Source: Eledone cirrhosa
Lineage: Eukaryota
Reading direction: 5' to 3'
Length of the DNA: 64,000 bases
NCBI GenBank assembly: GCA_964016885.1
Contig: OZ024747.1
Span: forward strand, 1,240,001 to 1,304,000
The position numbers and the translations under genes were made by a program. The notes under the pieces are model-generated. The model was not told where the DNA came from, made no database searches, and saw only the letters and a program-made list of their open reading frames with translations. Shown piece by piece: positions 1 to 13,793 of this stretch (position 1 is the stretch's first letter; each line of letters opens with the position of its first letter).

Positions 1-214
1 TATATGTATGTATATATATATATATATGTATGTATATATATATATATATGTATGTATATATATATATATATGTATGTATATGTATATATATGTATGTATA
101 TCTATATATATGTATGTATATGTATATATATATATGTATATATATATATGTATGTATGTATATATGTATATACATATATATACATATATATACATACATA
201 TACATACATATATA

Positions 215-255
<41 letters not shown>

Positions 256-1112
256 ATACATACATATACATATATATACATACATATATATATACATATA
301 TATACATATATATGCATACATACATATACACATACATATACATATATATATATACATACATACATACACATATATATACATACATATATACATACATATA
401 CATACATACATATACATACATCTATATATATATACATACATATATATATATATACATACATATATATATATATATACATACATATATATATACATACATA
501 TACATACATATATACATATATATATATACATACATACATATATATACATACATACATACATATATATATACATACATACATACATATATATATATATACA
601 TACATATATATATATATACATACATATATATATATATACATACATACATACATACATATATATATACATATATATACATACATATATATATATAGAGAGA
701 TACATATATATATACATACATACATACATATATACATACATACATACATACATATATATATATATAGATACATATATATATATACATACATACATACATA
801 TATATATATATAGATACATATATATATATATATACATACATACATACATATATATATACATACATACATACATATATATCTATATAGATACATATATATA
901 TATACATACATACATACATACATATATATATATATAGATACATATATATATATATACATACATACATACATATATATATATATATAGATACATATATATA
1001 TATATACATACATATATATATATATACATACATATATATATATATACATACATATATATATATATACATACATATATATATATATACATACATATATATA
1101 TATATACATACA

Positions 1113-1188
<76 letters not shown>

Positions 1189-1282
1189 CATATACATACA
1201 TATATATATATACATATACATACATATATATATGTATATATACATACATATATATATGTATATATACATACATATATATATG

Positions 1283-1314
<32 letters not shown>

Positions 1315-1382
1315 CATATATATATATATACATATATATATATACATATACATACATATATATATACATACATATATATATG

Positions 1383-1414
<32 letters not shown>

Positions 1415-1787
1415 CATATATATATATATACATATATATATATACATATACATACATATATATATACATACATATATATATATATACATATATATATACA
1501 TACATATATATATATACATATGTATATACATACATATATATATATACATATGTATATACATACATACATATACATACATATGTATATACATACATACATA
1601 TACATACATATGTATATACATACATATATATATATATACATATGTATATACATACATACATATACATACATATGTATATACATACATACATATACATACA
1701 TATGTATATACATACATATATATATATATACATATGTATATACATACATATATATACATATATATATATACATATGTATATACATAC

Positions 1788-1818
<31 letters not shown>

Positions 1819-1937
1819 TATGTATACATATACATATATGTATATATATATATATATATGTATATACATATATATATATGTATATGTATATATATATATA
1901 CATATGTATATACATATATATATATGTATATACATAT

Positions 1938-1968
<31 letters not shown>

Positions 1969-2505
1969 CATATGTATATATGTATATACATATATATATA
2001 TGTATATACATATATATATATGTATATATATGTATATATGTATATACATATGTATATATATATATGCATATATATATATATATACACATATATATATATG
2101 TATATACATATACATATATATATATACATATATATATGTATATACATATATATGTATACATATATATATGTATATATATGTATATACATATATATATATG
2201 TATACGTATATAAATATATATATATATACATATATATATGTATATACATATATATACATATGTATATACATATATATATATATATATATATACATATATA
2301 TATGTATATACATATATATATATGTATATATATATATATGTATATACATATATATATATATGTATATACATATATATATATATATACATATATATATGTA
2401 TATACATATATATATATATGTATATACATATATATATATATACATATATATATGTATATACATATATATATATGTATATATATATATATGTATATACATA
2501 TATAC

Positions 2506-2536
<31 letters not shown>

Positions 2537-2545
2537 TGCATATAC

Positions 2546-2606
<61 letters not shown>

Positions 2607-2610
2607 CATA

Positions 2611-2645
<35 letters not shown>

Positions 2646-2721
2646 GTATATACATATATATATATATATGTATATACATATATATATATATATACATATG
2701 TATATACATATATATATATGG

Positions 2722-2752
<31 letters not shown>

Positions 2753-2816
2753 TACATGTTTATATATATATATATACATATATATATATGTATATACATA
2801 TATATATGTATATAAA

Positions 2817-2853
<37 letters not shown>

Positions 2854-2864
2854 GTATATACATA

Positions 2865-2920
<56 letters not shown>

Positions 2921-2934
2921 CATATATATATATA
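1..2934. repeat. (TA)n/(TACA)n compound microsatellite
   Basis: Almost pure TA/TACA/TATG tract; the long Y/I/H/M ORFs here are artefacts. Confidence 0.97.
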
Positions 2935-3469
2935 TGGTGGCTACCAACTCGTTTTCGAGTACGGCCACTACTTTATATCCATGTAGGAGAACCCCTACCG
3001 ATGCGCTGAACGAATGTGACTTTTTAGTCCAGTCAGCGACTTGAAAACTCTGGTACAAAGACTACACTTGTGACCATTATTGACACATAGTGCAGGGCCC
3101 ATGGTACCATGTGATGACAAGTGCAGAGAGATCTCCAGATATAAAGCAATGCCTGTGCTGTGAAGCTTTTATAGTGAGCAAAGGCACTGCACAAAGCCAG
3201 TCCCACTCTCTTAACCAAGATGATATTTACCAAAAAGAAGAACAAGTCAACATCATTGGATACCATCAGGGTTGCAGGTGTTATATCAGAGTTTTCCTTC
3301 TCCTAGAATTCTGCCTTGACAAAGGCTAAGGGGTCATCTCTCCCAGTGATTTTGGATGGCTATTGACTCTTAAGAGCTCCTTTGCCCTTTGACAGGTTTT
3401 GTTTTTAGTCCTGCAGGATGTCCAAAGTCACCCTCCTCACCAGGAAACCTTGGTGGGGTTGCCAGTTTA
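2935..3469 (-). mobile_element. Isolated fragment resembling a retroelement (RTE-type) 5' UTR, flanked by TA tracts
   Basis: GC-richer island between (TA)n runs; minus strand contains CTAGGAGAAGGAAAACTCTGA, recalled as typical of RTE 5' UTRs; no ORF. Confidence 0.35.
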
Positions 3470-3470
3470 G

Positions 3471-3518
<48 letters not shown>

Positions 3519-3582
3519 CATATATATATACATATATATATACATATATATATACATATATATATATATACATATATATATG

Positions 3583-3656
<74 letters not shown>

Positions 3657-3657
3657 C

Positions 3658-3743
<86 letters not shown>

Positions 3744-3744
3744 G

Positions 3745-3811
<67 letters not shown>

Positions 3812-3816
3812 GTGTG

Positions 3817-3868
<52 letters not shown>
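3470..3868. repeat. (TA)n microsatellite
   Basis: Direct inspection. Confidence 0.95.
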
Positions 3869-3870
<2 letters not shown>

Positions 3871-4433
3871 TCTATGTGTATACTTTAACTAAATGCCAGT
3901 GTGGACCACAGTCTGAGGTAATACTGAGCTTGACCGCTCAAGTCTTGGGGTTGAAGGAAGCTGTGTTATCTAAAATTTCAGGTTAACTTGAAGTAGGGAA
4001 GATGTGAAGTTGATCAACTACTACGTGTGTGTATAACATTGTCTTTATATACACAGTAGCTAGGTCTATTTGACCACACATCTCTACTTCAAATCCTTCC
4101 TCTCTTTCACACATCGTATGAATGTCTGAGAGGGGGGGGGGGGGGGGGGGGTATGTGTGAATTTATTTATTAAGGATTAGTTACCTTGCAATTGTCCATA
4201 TGAACCCCCTTTTGAAAGGTGAAACAGCTGTACAGGTGTAAGGTATTTAATCCTTAATAAATGAATTTATCTTCCACATAATTAGGCATTGAGTCCTTTA
4301 TTGAATTGAAATTTTTTCAACCTTCTTTCACGTATTCTACATATATATATTTACACACACACACATATATATTATATATATATACACACAGACATATATA
4401 TATACATATATATATATACATATATATATATTT

Positions 4434-4501
<68 letters not shown>

Positions 4502-4561
4502 TTACACACACACACATATATATATATATGTATACACATATATATATATATATATATATAT

Positions 4562-6018
4562 AGCGGCAATGAATTAGTTTTGCGAGGCTTTTGATATGAA
4601 ATCGTGTGTCGAAACAAATATTGTTTTACTTGGGGAGGGTCATATTTGTGTAATATTGCCAGAATTAATAACAGAACACACTCACTGTTTGGTTGGTTTT
4701 CGCTTCTCGCTGTCTTTTATATCGGTAATCTAACTTACTCAGTCCTCAATGTTGCCATTGACTGACCGACGGTCAAAAATAATACAGATACAATATAGAC
4801 ATAAACACATATATATAGTTTATCATAAATCTTTCGTTGCACATCTGCAACATCGTCAGTGGTGTTATATTTTCCTCCTGTTGTGTTGTATATCTACGCC
4901 ATTTTTATTCAGTCTGTCTATATATTTATTTATTTATTTGCTTGTTTGTTTATTTTATTTTATTTTGTCTTCTTTGCGCATGCATTTGTGTGTGTATAGT
5001 GTTGTTTGCTGTGTGATGGGTGACTAGTGTGTGTTTATGTGCTTGTTGTTATTGTGCTTGTGTATGTATGTATTTATTTATTTATCTTATTTTATTTTCT
5101 TATTTATACTTCTCTTAGGTCAGTGTTGTTTGTTTGGGTGTTGTTGTTATTCCATTCATTCTTTCTGTTTAGCCTTGGTCTTCTAATTTCTATTTCACTG
5201 GCCTCTCTGATTTGCCTATCTGCTGGGTCATTTCTATGTTTAGATATTATTCTAATTTCTATGTTGTCTATGTTACCGTCATGTTGTTGTCTAGCATGTT
5301 CGTATAGTACTGACGAAAAAACGGGTCAGTACTATATGAACATGCTAGACAACAACATGACGGTAACATAGACAACATAGAAATTAGAATATCTAAACAT
5401 AGAAATGACCCAGCAGATAGGCAAATCAGAGAGGCCAGTGAAATAGAAATTAGAAGACCAAGGCTAAACAGAAAGAATGAATGGAATAACAACAACACCC
5501 AAACAAACAACACTGACCTAAGAGAAGTATAAATAAGTAAATAAAATAAGATAAATAAATAAATAAATACATACACAAGCACAATAACAACAAGCACATA
5601 AACACACACTAGTCACCCATCACACAGCAAACAACCCTATACACACACAAATGCATGCGCAAAGAAGACAAAATAAAATAAAATAAACAAACAAGCAAAT
5701 AAATAAATAAATATATAGACAGACTGAATAAAAATGGCGTAGACATACAACACAACAGGAGGAAAATATAACACCACTGACGATGTTGCAGATGTGCAAC
5801 GAAAGATTTATGATAAACTATATATATGTGTTTGTGTCTATATTGTATCTGTATTATTTTTGACCGTCGGTCAGTCAATGGCAACATTGAGGACCGATTA
5901 AGTTAGATTACCGATATAAAAGACAGTGAGAAGCGAAAACCAACCAAACAGTGAGTGTGTTCTGTTATTAATTCTGGCAATATTACACAAATATGACCCT
6001 CCCCAAGTATAACAATAT
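4562..6018. mobile_element. 1.4-kb palindrome made of two inverted Penelope-like termini
   Basis: Arms 4618-5314 and 5325-6018 are near-perfect reverse complements around a 10-nt loop; each has a hammerhead-like core and ends in the start of an ORF (MTLPK.NN); flanked by (TA)n. Confidence 0.7.
5773..5814 (+). ncRNA. Degenerate minimal type I hammerhead-like motif (mirror copy 4822-4863, minus)
   Basis: ACCA-CTGACGA-T-GTTGCA gatg TGCAAC-GAAA-GATTTA-TGAT; core and stem II intact, stems I and III weak. Confidence 0.5.
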
Positions 6019-6030
6019 ATATATATATAG

Positions 6031-6435
6031 TAAGAATATTTTCGAAACAGCGAGCGAGTTTGAAATTATAAATGTAAGCTATCGCCGTATTTTGGCTTGG
6101 CTAAAGAAATTAAAGAATATTATTTAGCCTGATAGTGGGGTTAAGAACCCTCGGAGAAATGGAAAAAGATGAGTATTGACGTTTACAGTTGCTAAGATTA
6201 TAGCTTCTAATTCGAATGGAAAAAGACAGGTGATGTGTTGGTGTAATGGTAGCACAGTGGTCTGGATAACCAAAGATGTGGGTTCGGCTCCCATGTACAG
6301 CAACACTCATCTTTTTCCATTTTCTCCGAGGGTTATAAACCCCACTATCAGGCTAGAAATGTCTTTAGTCTAAAATACGGTGAAAGCTTATAATTTCTAA
6401 TTTCAAACTCGCGCACCGTTTCAAAAACATACTTA
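6031..6435. mobile_element. Inverted-repeat element enclosing a tRNA-like segment
   Basis: Arms ~6031-6176 and ~6304-6435 are imperfect reverse complements; 6232-6302 has A box TGGTGTAATGG, B box GGTTCGGCTCC and a foldable cloverleaf. Confidence 0.55.
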
Positions 6436-6491
6436 CATGTTTACATTTATAATTTGCTTGTATATATATATATATATATATTTACACACAG

Positions 6492-6535
<44 letters not shown>

Positions 6536-6637
6536 ACAGGGAGAAAAAGACAATTATTAGGAAGAAAATTTTTTTTTTTTCCTTTTATATATACACACAT
6601 ATACAAGGAGAATTTTGATCAATACACGATAATACCA

Positions 6638-6673
<36 letters not shown>

Positions 6674-7205
6674 AACATATATACACATATGTATGTGTGT
6701 ATATATATACACACATACATATATACTTACACACATGCACAAAGAAACAAATGCACACAAAGGTATATGCACATGCATGTAAGTGCACATATACATGCAC
6801 AAACATGCAAAAATGCAGATATGCACACACACACACGCACTTAAAAACACTTACAGGCAGACACATGCACACAAGATGCAAATACATGCACACTTACACA
6901 CAAATGCACACATACATCTAACAGAAATATACATGGGAGTGAGGGCGGGGGGTAAGAATATGGTCAAAAATGGCCGACTAAGTTTGAAATTCAATTTTTT
7001 TTTTTTTTTTTTAATAATTAGATAATTAAAATAAGTTGGGCAGCAAAAAGTATAAATGAGATATATTTCACTTACTACCTTCTTCCTTGTCCGCTGTAAA
7101 TTACAGCGTGAAGTGGAGCACAAAGGAAGGAGAAACATTTGGAGAATTAATGCAAAATTATGTTTAATAACAAATATTTAATAAACATACAATAAAATCG
7201 TAATA

Positions 7206-7218
7206 GTTGCTAGGCAAC
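7206..7218. promoter_or_regulatory. RFX X-box-like palindrome GTTGCTAGGCAAC, followed by ETS-like CAGGAAAT
   Basis: Close match to the X-box consensus in a non-repetitive island. Confidence 0.4.
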
Positions 7219-7465
7219 AGGAAATACGTTTTGTTGTTGATTTCTTTTTTGTTTCGGTGTTTGTTTGCTAGTCTTTTCTTTTAATATACATTTGGCATAC
7301 ACACATATATATGTATGTGTTTGTGTGTGAGTATACATATACACATATGTATGTGTGTGTGTGTGTCAGTAAATACATACACACACATGTATGTGTATGT
7401 GTATATATATACATATATAATACACATATTTGTGTGTGTATGTATATATATATATATATATATAT

Positions 7466-10400
7466 AATGGTCACGGACAACATTGTGACGTCTATGACGG
7501 AATCTATGGAGGCTATGGGTTTGGTACTAGAAATGAGGAAGGCTCCAGAATCCTGGAATTCTGTGACGCAAATAACCTAACTATCTGTAACACTAACTTC
7601 AAAAAACGAAGCAATCACTTGATCACCTATAGATCAGGGGAACATGCCAGTCAGATAGATTATATCCTTACCAGAAGACGTGATAGAGTGTCTGTTGAAA
7701 ACACTAAATCCCTCCCCCATGAAGATTGCACCTCCCAACATAGACTCATAGTCAGCGACCTCATAGTCAGGACAAGACGTACTCGACAACAGAGGAGGAC
7801 TATCCTCACGAGAAAAATATGGAAGCTAAAGGACCCCACAGCCAGTAATAAATTTAAAAGCATATTACTTGATGCTTTCAACAGTAAGGAAGAGCAATTA
7901 GAGTCGTACAATATAGAGGAACAGTGGAAATTCCTGAAAGCTAACCTGCTGAAGGCGGCAGATGAAGTCTGTGGCTGGAGCAGGCCTATAGGCAGGAGGA
8001 GAGTAACGTGGTGGTGGAACAGTAAGGTGGAGGAGTCAATTAAAGCCAAAAAGCAGGCTTGGAAAGTATGGCGGGATGGGGGAAGTAGAGAAGACTATCA
8101 AGTGGCCAGGGGGGAAGCTAGGAGACAAGTGTACTTCGCAAGAAGGGAAGCAGAGGAAAGAAAGTTCAAGCATGTTCTACAACGCGAGGACCAAAAACGT
8201 GAGGTGTTCAGGATTGCTAGGCAATGTGTCAAGGAAAACCGTGATATTGTCGGGGAGAAGTGTGTCCTTAATGATGATGGTGTACTTGCCATCACTGACG
8301 CTGATAAGAAGGTAGCTTGGAAGTGTCACTACAAAAGGCTACTAAATGAGGAGAATAAATGGGAGAAAGACAGTCTCCTCCACATCGATCCAATAGAGGG
8401 ACCAGCAGTGCTAGTTGAAGGTAGTATAATAAGTAAGGCAATCAAAGATATGAAGACGGGTAAGGCGGCTGGGCCTTCGAAAATAGTTGCTGAAATGCTG
8501 AAAGCATCTGGAACGGTGGGACACACTATGGTCACCCGGATAGTAAACCAAGTCATACAGAATGGGGCCGTTCCGAAGGACTGGCGTAGCAGCAGCATCA
8601 TTAACTGCTACAAGGGTAAAGGAGATGCCCTAAATAGGAGTAACTATAGAGGCATTAAATTAATCGACCAGGTCATGAAGGCCACAGAAAAAGTAATAGC
8701 GCAACTAATCAAAAAACAAATTGATCTAGATGAAATGCAGTTCGGGTTTGTGTCAGGTAAAAGTACCACAGACGCTCTTTTCATTGTACGACAACTACAG
8801 GAGAAGTACCTAGCTAAAAGTAAACCCCTATACTTAGCTTTTGTTGACTTGGAGAAAGCCTTTGACATAGTCCCCCGCTCCATTATCTGGTGGGCGCTTA
8901 GAAAACTAGGTGTTGATGAATGGCTTGTGAGAGCTATACAAGCTATGTATAAAGAAACAGTCAGTAAGGTTAGAATTAACAACGAATATAGTGAAGAGTT
9001 TAGCGTAAAAGTTGGTGTTCATCAGGGCTCCGTTCTTAGCCCCCTACTATTTATTATTGCCGTTCAGGCTATAACAGAGGAGTTCAAGACCGGCTGCCCA
9101 TGGGAATTCCTATATGCAGATGATCTAACACTCATAGATGAATCAATGGCTGAACTAGAGAAGAAATTCCAAACATGGAAGCATGGCCTAGAATCAAAAG
9201 GCCTTAAAGTTAACTTGTCTAAGACAAAAGTTCTAGTTTGTGGGAAGGAAAATAGGGCACCGGTCCCATCTGGGAAATGGCCATGCTCAGTGTGTAGGAA
9301 AGGAGTAGGCAGAAACTTCATTTTATGTCCCAAATGCAAAGTATGGGTGCATAAAAGATGTAGTGGGATCACAGGTAAGCTAACTAAGAATATAGATTTT
9401 ATATGTGGCTGGTGCTCTGGTGCAATAAGTAGCAGCAAGAACCCACAGGATACTAGCTCCTTCCATTGCACAGATGGTTCTATAGAAATAGTCGACACCT
9501 TCCGTTACCTGGGTGACAAAATCAGCAGTGGGGGGGGGGGGGGTGCTCTGAAAGTACAGTAGCTAGAATCAGGAAGGGATGGAAAAAGTTCAGAGAGCTT
9601 ATACCACTATTGGCCGCTAAAGGGTTCTCTCTAAAAATGAAAGGAAGGCTGTATGATGCCTGCATACGAACAGCAATGTTACATAGCAGTGAGACCTGGG
9701 CATTGTGTGCAGAGGATATACGCAGACTGGAGAGAAACGAAGCTTGCATGCTCCGCTGGATGTGTAATAGTAATATACGAGAACGGCAAAGCATAAACGA
9801 ACTAAGGGAGAAATTAGGAATAAGAGGGATCAGATGTTGTTTACTCGAGAGAAGACTACGTTGGTACGGTCACGTGATGCGCATGAAAGACAACAGCTGT
9901 ATAAAAAAGTGCAGGGCGATAAAAATAGACGGTAGCCCCGGAGTAGGCAGACCCAGAAAAACCTGGGACGACTTGATAAATTTCGACCTCACACACTTAC
10001 ACCTCTCCAAGACAATGTCACTGGACCGGGATCTTTGGCGCTACACAGTTATACAGAAGACCCGCCTTGCCTAAGTACAAAGCGAAACCTACAGTCAGTA
10101 GGCACCTCTAACAAAATACACCCCCCGTCCCACTACCCCCACCCCCTTAAATGTGAAGTTATGTTGGTACCACAACATCCAGTCCAAAACAAATGAGGTC
10201 GTGTAGGTGTCACGACAAAAAAAACACACAGTCCACGCTGTAATGTGGCCGTGTAGGTAACACAGTAAAAACCTCCCAGTCCACACTGTAAACGTGGTTA
10301 GTGTTGGGAAGGGCACCCAGCCGTAAAAAACCCGCCAGACATGTAGGTGTCACGACAAAAAAACACACAGTCCACGCTGTAATGTGGCCGTGTAGGTAAC

Positions 10401-10590
10401 ACGGTAAAAACCTCCCAGTCCACACTGTAAACGTGGTTGGTGTTAGGAAGGGCATCCAGCTGTAGAAAACCCGCCAGACAGTCCTATACGGGCAGGACAA
10501 CCAATCTTGCCTCAAGTGGGAAAACTCACGTCCAAACCCATGCAAGCGTGGAGGATGGACGTTAAACGATGATGATGATGATGATGATGA
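7466..10590 (+). mobile_element. 5'-truncated RTE-clade LINE (family A): APE endonuclease C-term, RT with PHD-like insert, (GAT)n tail
   Basis: QIDYIL and SQHRLI (APE), FVDLEKAFD, GVHQGSVLSP, YADD, RLRWYGHV; frameshift at poly-G ~9530-9543, stop 10074; duplicated 3' UTR block; GAT tail 10568-10590. Confidence 0.93.
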
Positions 10591-11357
10591 CACACACAAA
10601 TATTTATGTATATATATATATATATATATATATAAAAACATACAAACATATATATCAGTGGGTACACTCTGTAAAACAGTTGACAATCAAATGAAATAGA
10701 GACATTTGATTGTGAGGACAACTTCTGTCGAGGGCAACCTCTGTTATGTTTGTACTACGGTAAAATTCCTTCTGAAAACGGCCAGAACGTTCTTCAATTT
10801 CTTCCTTTGTCAATATAGTAAAGTTTGAGCCAAAATGTCTGACCTTGTGTCTATGTTAGACATTTTTGTTATTAATATTTCATATCTGTTGTTGTTAATG
10901 TTGCACTGGTGAACCTTTAGGAGTTCTATGGAATGTTCTATGGAGAGTTAACCAAACTATCCAAGTACGGAGCTGAAGGAATGACTGACTGTTCCCATAT
11001 TTCTGGGTATGTGCATCAGTCTGTATATATATGTATATATGTGTGTATGTATCCATGTATCTGTATGTATTTATCTGTGTATGTTGATGGGTAAATAACT
11101 AGTGAGAGAGAGAGAGACACACAAACGGACAGATATGTCTGTGTGTGTATGTATATATGTTTGTGTGTGTGTGTGTATATGTTTGTGTGTCTGTGTGTGT
11201 ATGTATATATGTTTGTGTGTATGTGTGTGTATGTGTGTGTATGTGTGTGTATGTATGTGTGTGTATGTATGTGTGTGTATGTGTAGATGGGTAAATAACA
11301 AGAGATAGAGAGAGATGTAGGAGGGTGGGATGAAGTGAAACATGGTGATGTAATTAC

Positions 11358-11458
11358 CTTTAGTTGCTGAAGAAATACTGCTGGAGACATTATAGTGGAC
11401 TTGGTAGAGGAAGATGTTCTTAACAAACTCTGTAACAAATGCTTGCAGGCTTGATGAC
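11358..11458 (-). CDS. EXOC4: EXOC4 coding exon 17 (gene continues beyond window start)
   Basis: aag|G..AAG|gtaat; SSSLQAFVTEFVKNIFLYQVHYNVSSSISSATK aligns to the Sec8 KNIFLNQV region; phase 2/1. Confidence 0.85.
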
Positions 11459-11679
11459 CTTCAATAACAAAATAAATGATATACACATCAAGATGGTGGG
11501 AGACTCACAACATAACTTGGTTTCTTAAACACATATATATATACATAAAGTCACACATGCATATATATAGTCATACATATATACATAAGGAGGGAAAGAG
11601 TGAGAGAAGACAACATGTGATAAATGAAGTATATTTAATATAATTACTTCATCACTAATCAGACAAAACTTCAACTTAC

Positions 11680-11743
11680 CCAGGGGTACAAGCCATGGCA
11701 GTTTCTATTTCTTTAATGAAATTTTCCAATGTTGTAAAAATAG
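11680..11743 (-). CDS. EXOC4: EXOC4 coding exon 16
   Basis: tag|..|gtaag; AIFTTLENFIKEIETAMACTP; phase 1/2. Confidence 0.87.
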
Positions 11744-11842
11744 CTACAATAAACAGAGAAAACAGTTAAAACAATATGTCAATCGGTGATATTTATTGTT
11801 GTTGTTCTTGTGCTTTTAAAGTGTTAGATTATTATTATTATA

Positions 11843-12030
11843 AGGGCGGTGGATTGGCAGTATCGGTAGAGGGTCGGACGCCATGCTTTGACGCATAGAG
11901 TTACGGCCCTTTCCATTCTGAGTTCAAATCCTGCCGAGGTTAACTTTGCCTTTCATCCTTACGGGGTCGATAAAATAAAGTACCAGTAATACACTGGGTA
12001 ATTGTTGGCCTTGTGCCAAAAGTAGAAACA
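11843..12030 (+). mobile_element. tRNA-derived SINE
   Basis: TGGCAGTATCGG A box, GAGTTCAAATCC B box, body ACTTTGCCTTTCATCC..GATAAAATAAAGTACCAG shared with 53680-53885. Confidence 0.8.
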
Positions 12031-12113
12031 ATTATTTGACTATATATAAGGTTTGATCCGATCCGATCTGATCTGATCTGGACTGGATCAGTTATATATA
12101 TATATCATCATTA

Positions 12114-12381
12114 TCTATAAAAGGCAGATTGTTGCTGTTGTGTGTGTGTGTGCATGTTCCATGTTTATACATTTGCACAATTTCAAACCGATTCGACTCA
12201 AAGTCTGTAAGAATGTTGTAAATGGTCTAACTTAGGTCAATGACTATTTATTTCATTCACACTCACCCACAATTACGGAAATAATCAATAAAACTAAATA
12301 CATGATGCTTTACCCCTCTAATAGAATCTGATTACCTCTCTCTACTCTCCTTAAACTTTAAGAGAGAGAGAGAGAGAGTGA

Positions 12382-12418
<37 letters not shown>

Positions 12419-13261
12419 TTTGTTTTTGAGTGTGGAACGGTCAAATATTTATTTATTTCAATGACAAAGAGAACTTATTACATTTCATACGAAACAACAA
12501 TTATTCAAAAGCAACAGATAAATTTATTCAAGAAAAAAAACAGTGATAAATCTTTTTTAAAACATCTATCAACGAACATGGAAGAAAGAAGTATCAGTTC
12601 ATTTACTATACACAATAATATCCTCTATGAGGTCACTAAACCTGCTAGAAACAGCAGCTAACTCTCCCCCATATCACACCACTCCCTACTGTCTTAAATT
12701 TAGAAAATATATTCTCTATGAAGTCACTAAACCTGCTAGAAACAGCAGCTAACTCTCCCCCATATTCAAAAGCAACAGATAAATTTATTCAACAACAAAA
12801 AAAATAGCGATAAATCTTTTTTAAAACATCTCTCAACGAACGTGTAAGAAAGAATTATCAGTTCATTTACTATACACAATAATATCCTCTATGTGGTCAC
12901 TAAACCTGCTAGAAACAGCAGCTAACTCTCCCCCATATCACACCCCTCCCTACTGTCTTAAATTTAGAAAACACACATTAGACAATCATGCAGAACTCCA
13001 TCGCAGCTCTGTTGTTCGGCTGGCATCGTCTACGCGTGTGTTGCGCAAGTACTGTGAAACAATAAATTTCAACACTTCTTTGCACAGAGATAATATTCAT
13101 AGGCGAAACTACAATTGTCACTGCTGGCGCAACTCCTGCTTCGGCAGTCCAGGTCTGCAATTCATTCACCCAGTGCCTGGCAGACAAAAAAGTGCTGCCA
13201 TAAAATGGGTGGTGCAACCTAACTTTGGTAACTTACTGACCCCGAACAGCTTTAATGCTAG
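12114..13261 (+). mobile_element. Probable non-autonomous Helitron
   Basis: Begins TC after A (12113|12114), ends CTAG before T (13261|13262), no TSD; internal (GA)n and a ~260-bp duplication; subterminal hairpin not clear. Confidence 0.5.
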
Positions 13262-13319
13262 TATATATATATATATATGTGTGTGAGTATATATGTATAT
13301 ATATATGGGTCTGAATAGG

Positions 13320-13350
<31 letters not shown>

Positions 13351-13427
13351 GTGTGTGTGAGTATATATGTATATATATATATATATGATAACAAGAAGAT
13401 ATATATAATTACTGGATATTCTATGCC

Positions 13428-13752
13428 AGACAGATAGACAGTTAATCAGAGACAGACTGACAGACAGAGAGACAGAGATGGACGGACGGACAGTCAGACA
13501 GACAAACTGACAGACAGACTGACAGACAGACAGATAGACAGACGAACTGACAGACAGACAGACAAACTGATATACAGACAGACAGACAAACTGACAGACA
13601 GACAGACAGACAAACTGACAGTCAGATGGACAGACAGACAGACTGAGTCAGACAGGCAGACAGACAAACTGACAGACAGACAGACAGACAAACTGACAGA
13701 CAGACAGACAAACTGACTGACAGACAGACAGACAAACTGACAGTCAGACAGA
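13428..13752. repeat. (GACA)n-type microsatellite
   Basis: Direct inspection. Confidence 0.9.
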
Positions 13753-13793
13753 TGTGATAATGAGACAAGAGGGAAATAATAAAAACATCTAAC

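Noticed and set aside
1-3892. Very long ORFs (up to 878 aa) rich in Y/I/H/M/C
   Set aside because: TA/TACA microsatellites lack stop codons in most frames; no protein-like information. The same applies to 33489-35752.
4749-5887. Paired hydrophobic ORFs on opposite strands
   Set aside because: Mirror translations of the T-rich strand of the palindrome arms; no recognisable domain.
6125-6165. Hammerhead-like CTGATAG..GGGTT/AACCC..GAAA
   Set aside because: Core lacks the essential G8 and A9, and no stem I or III can be formed.
6232-6302. Functional tRNA gene
   Set aside because: Acceptor stem has mismatch and wobble pairs, the anticodon stem is short, and a GGA anticodon without a long variable arm is atypical; treated as a tRNA-derived repeat.
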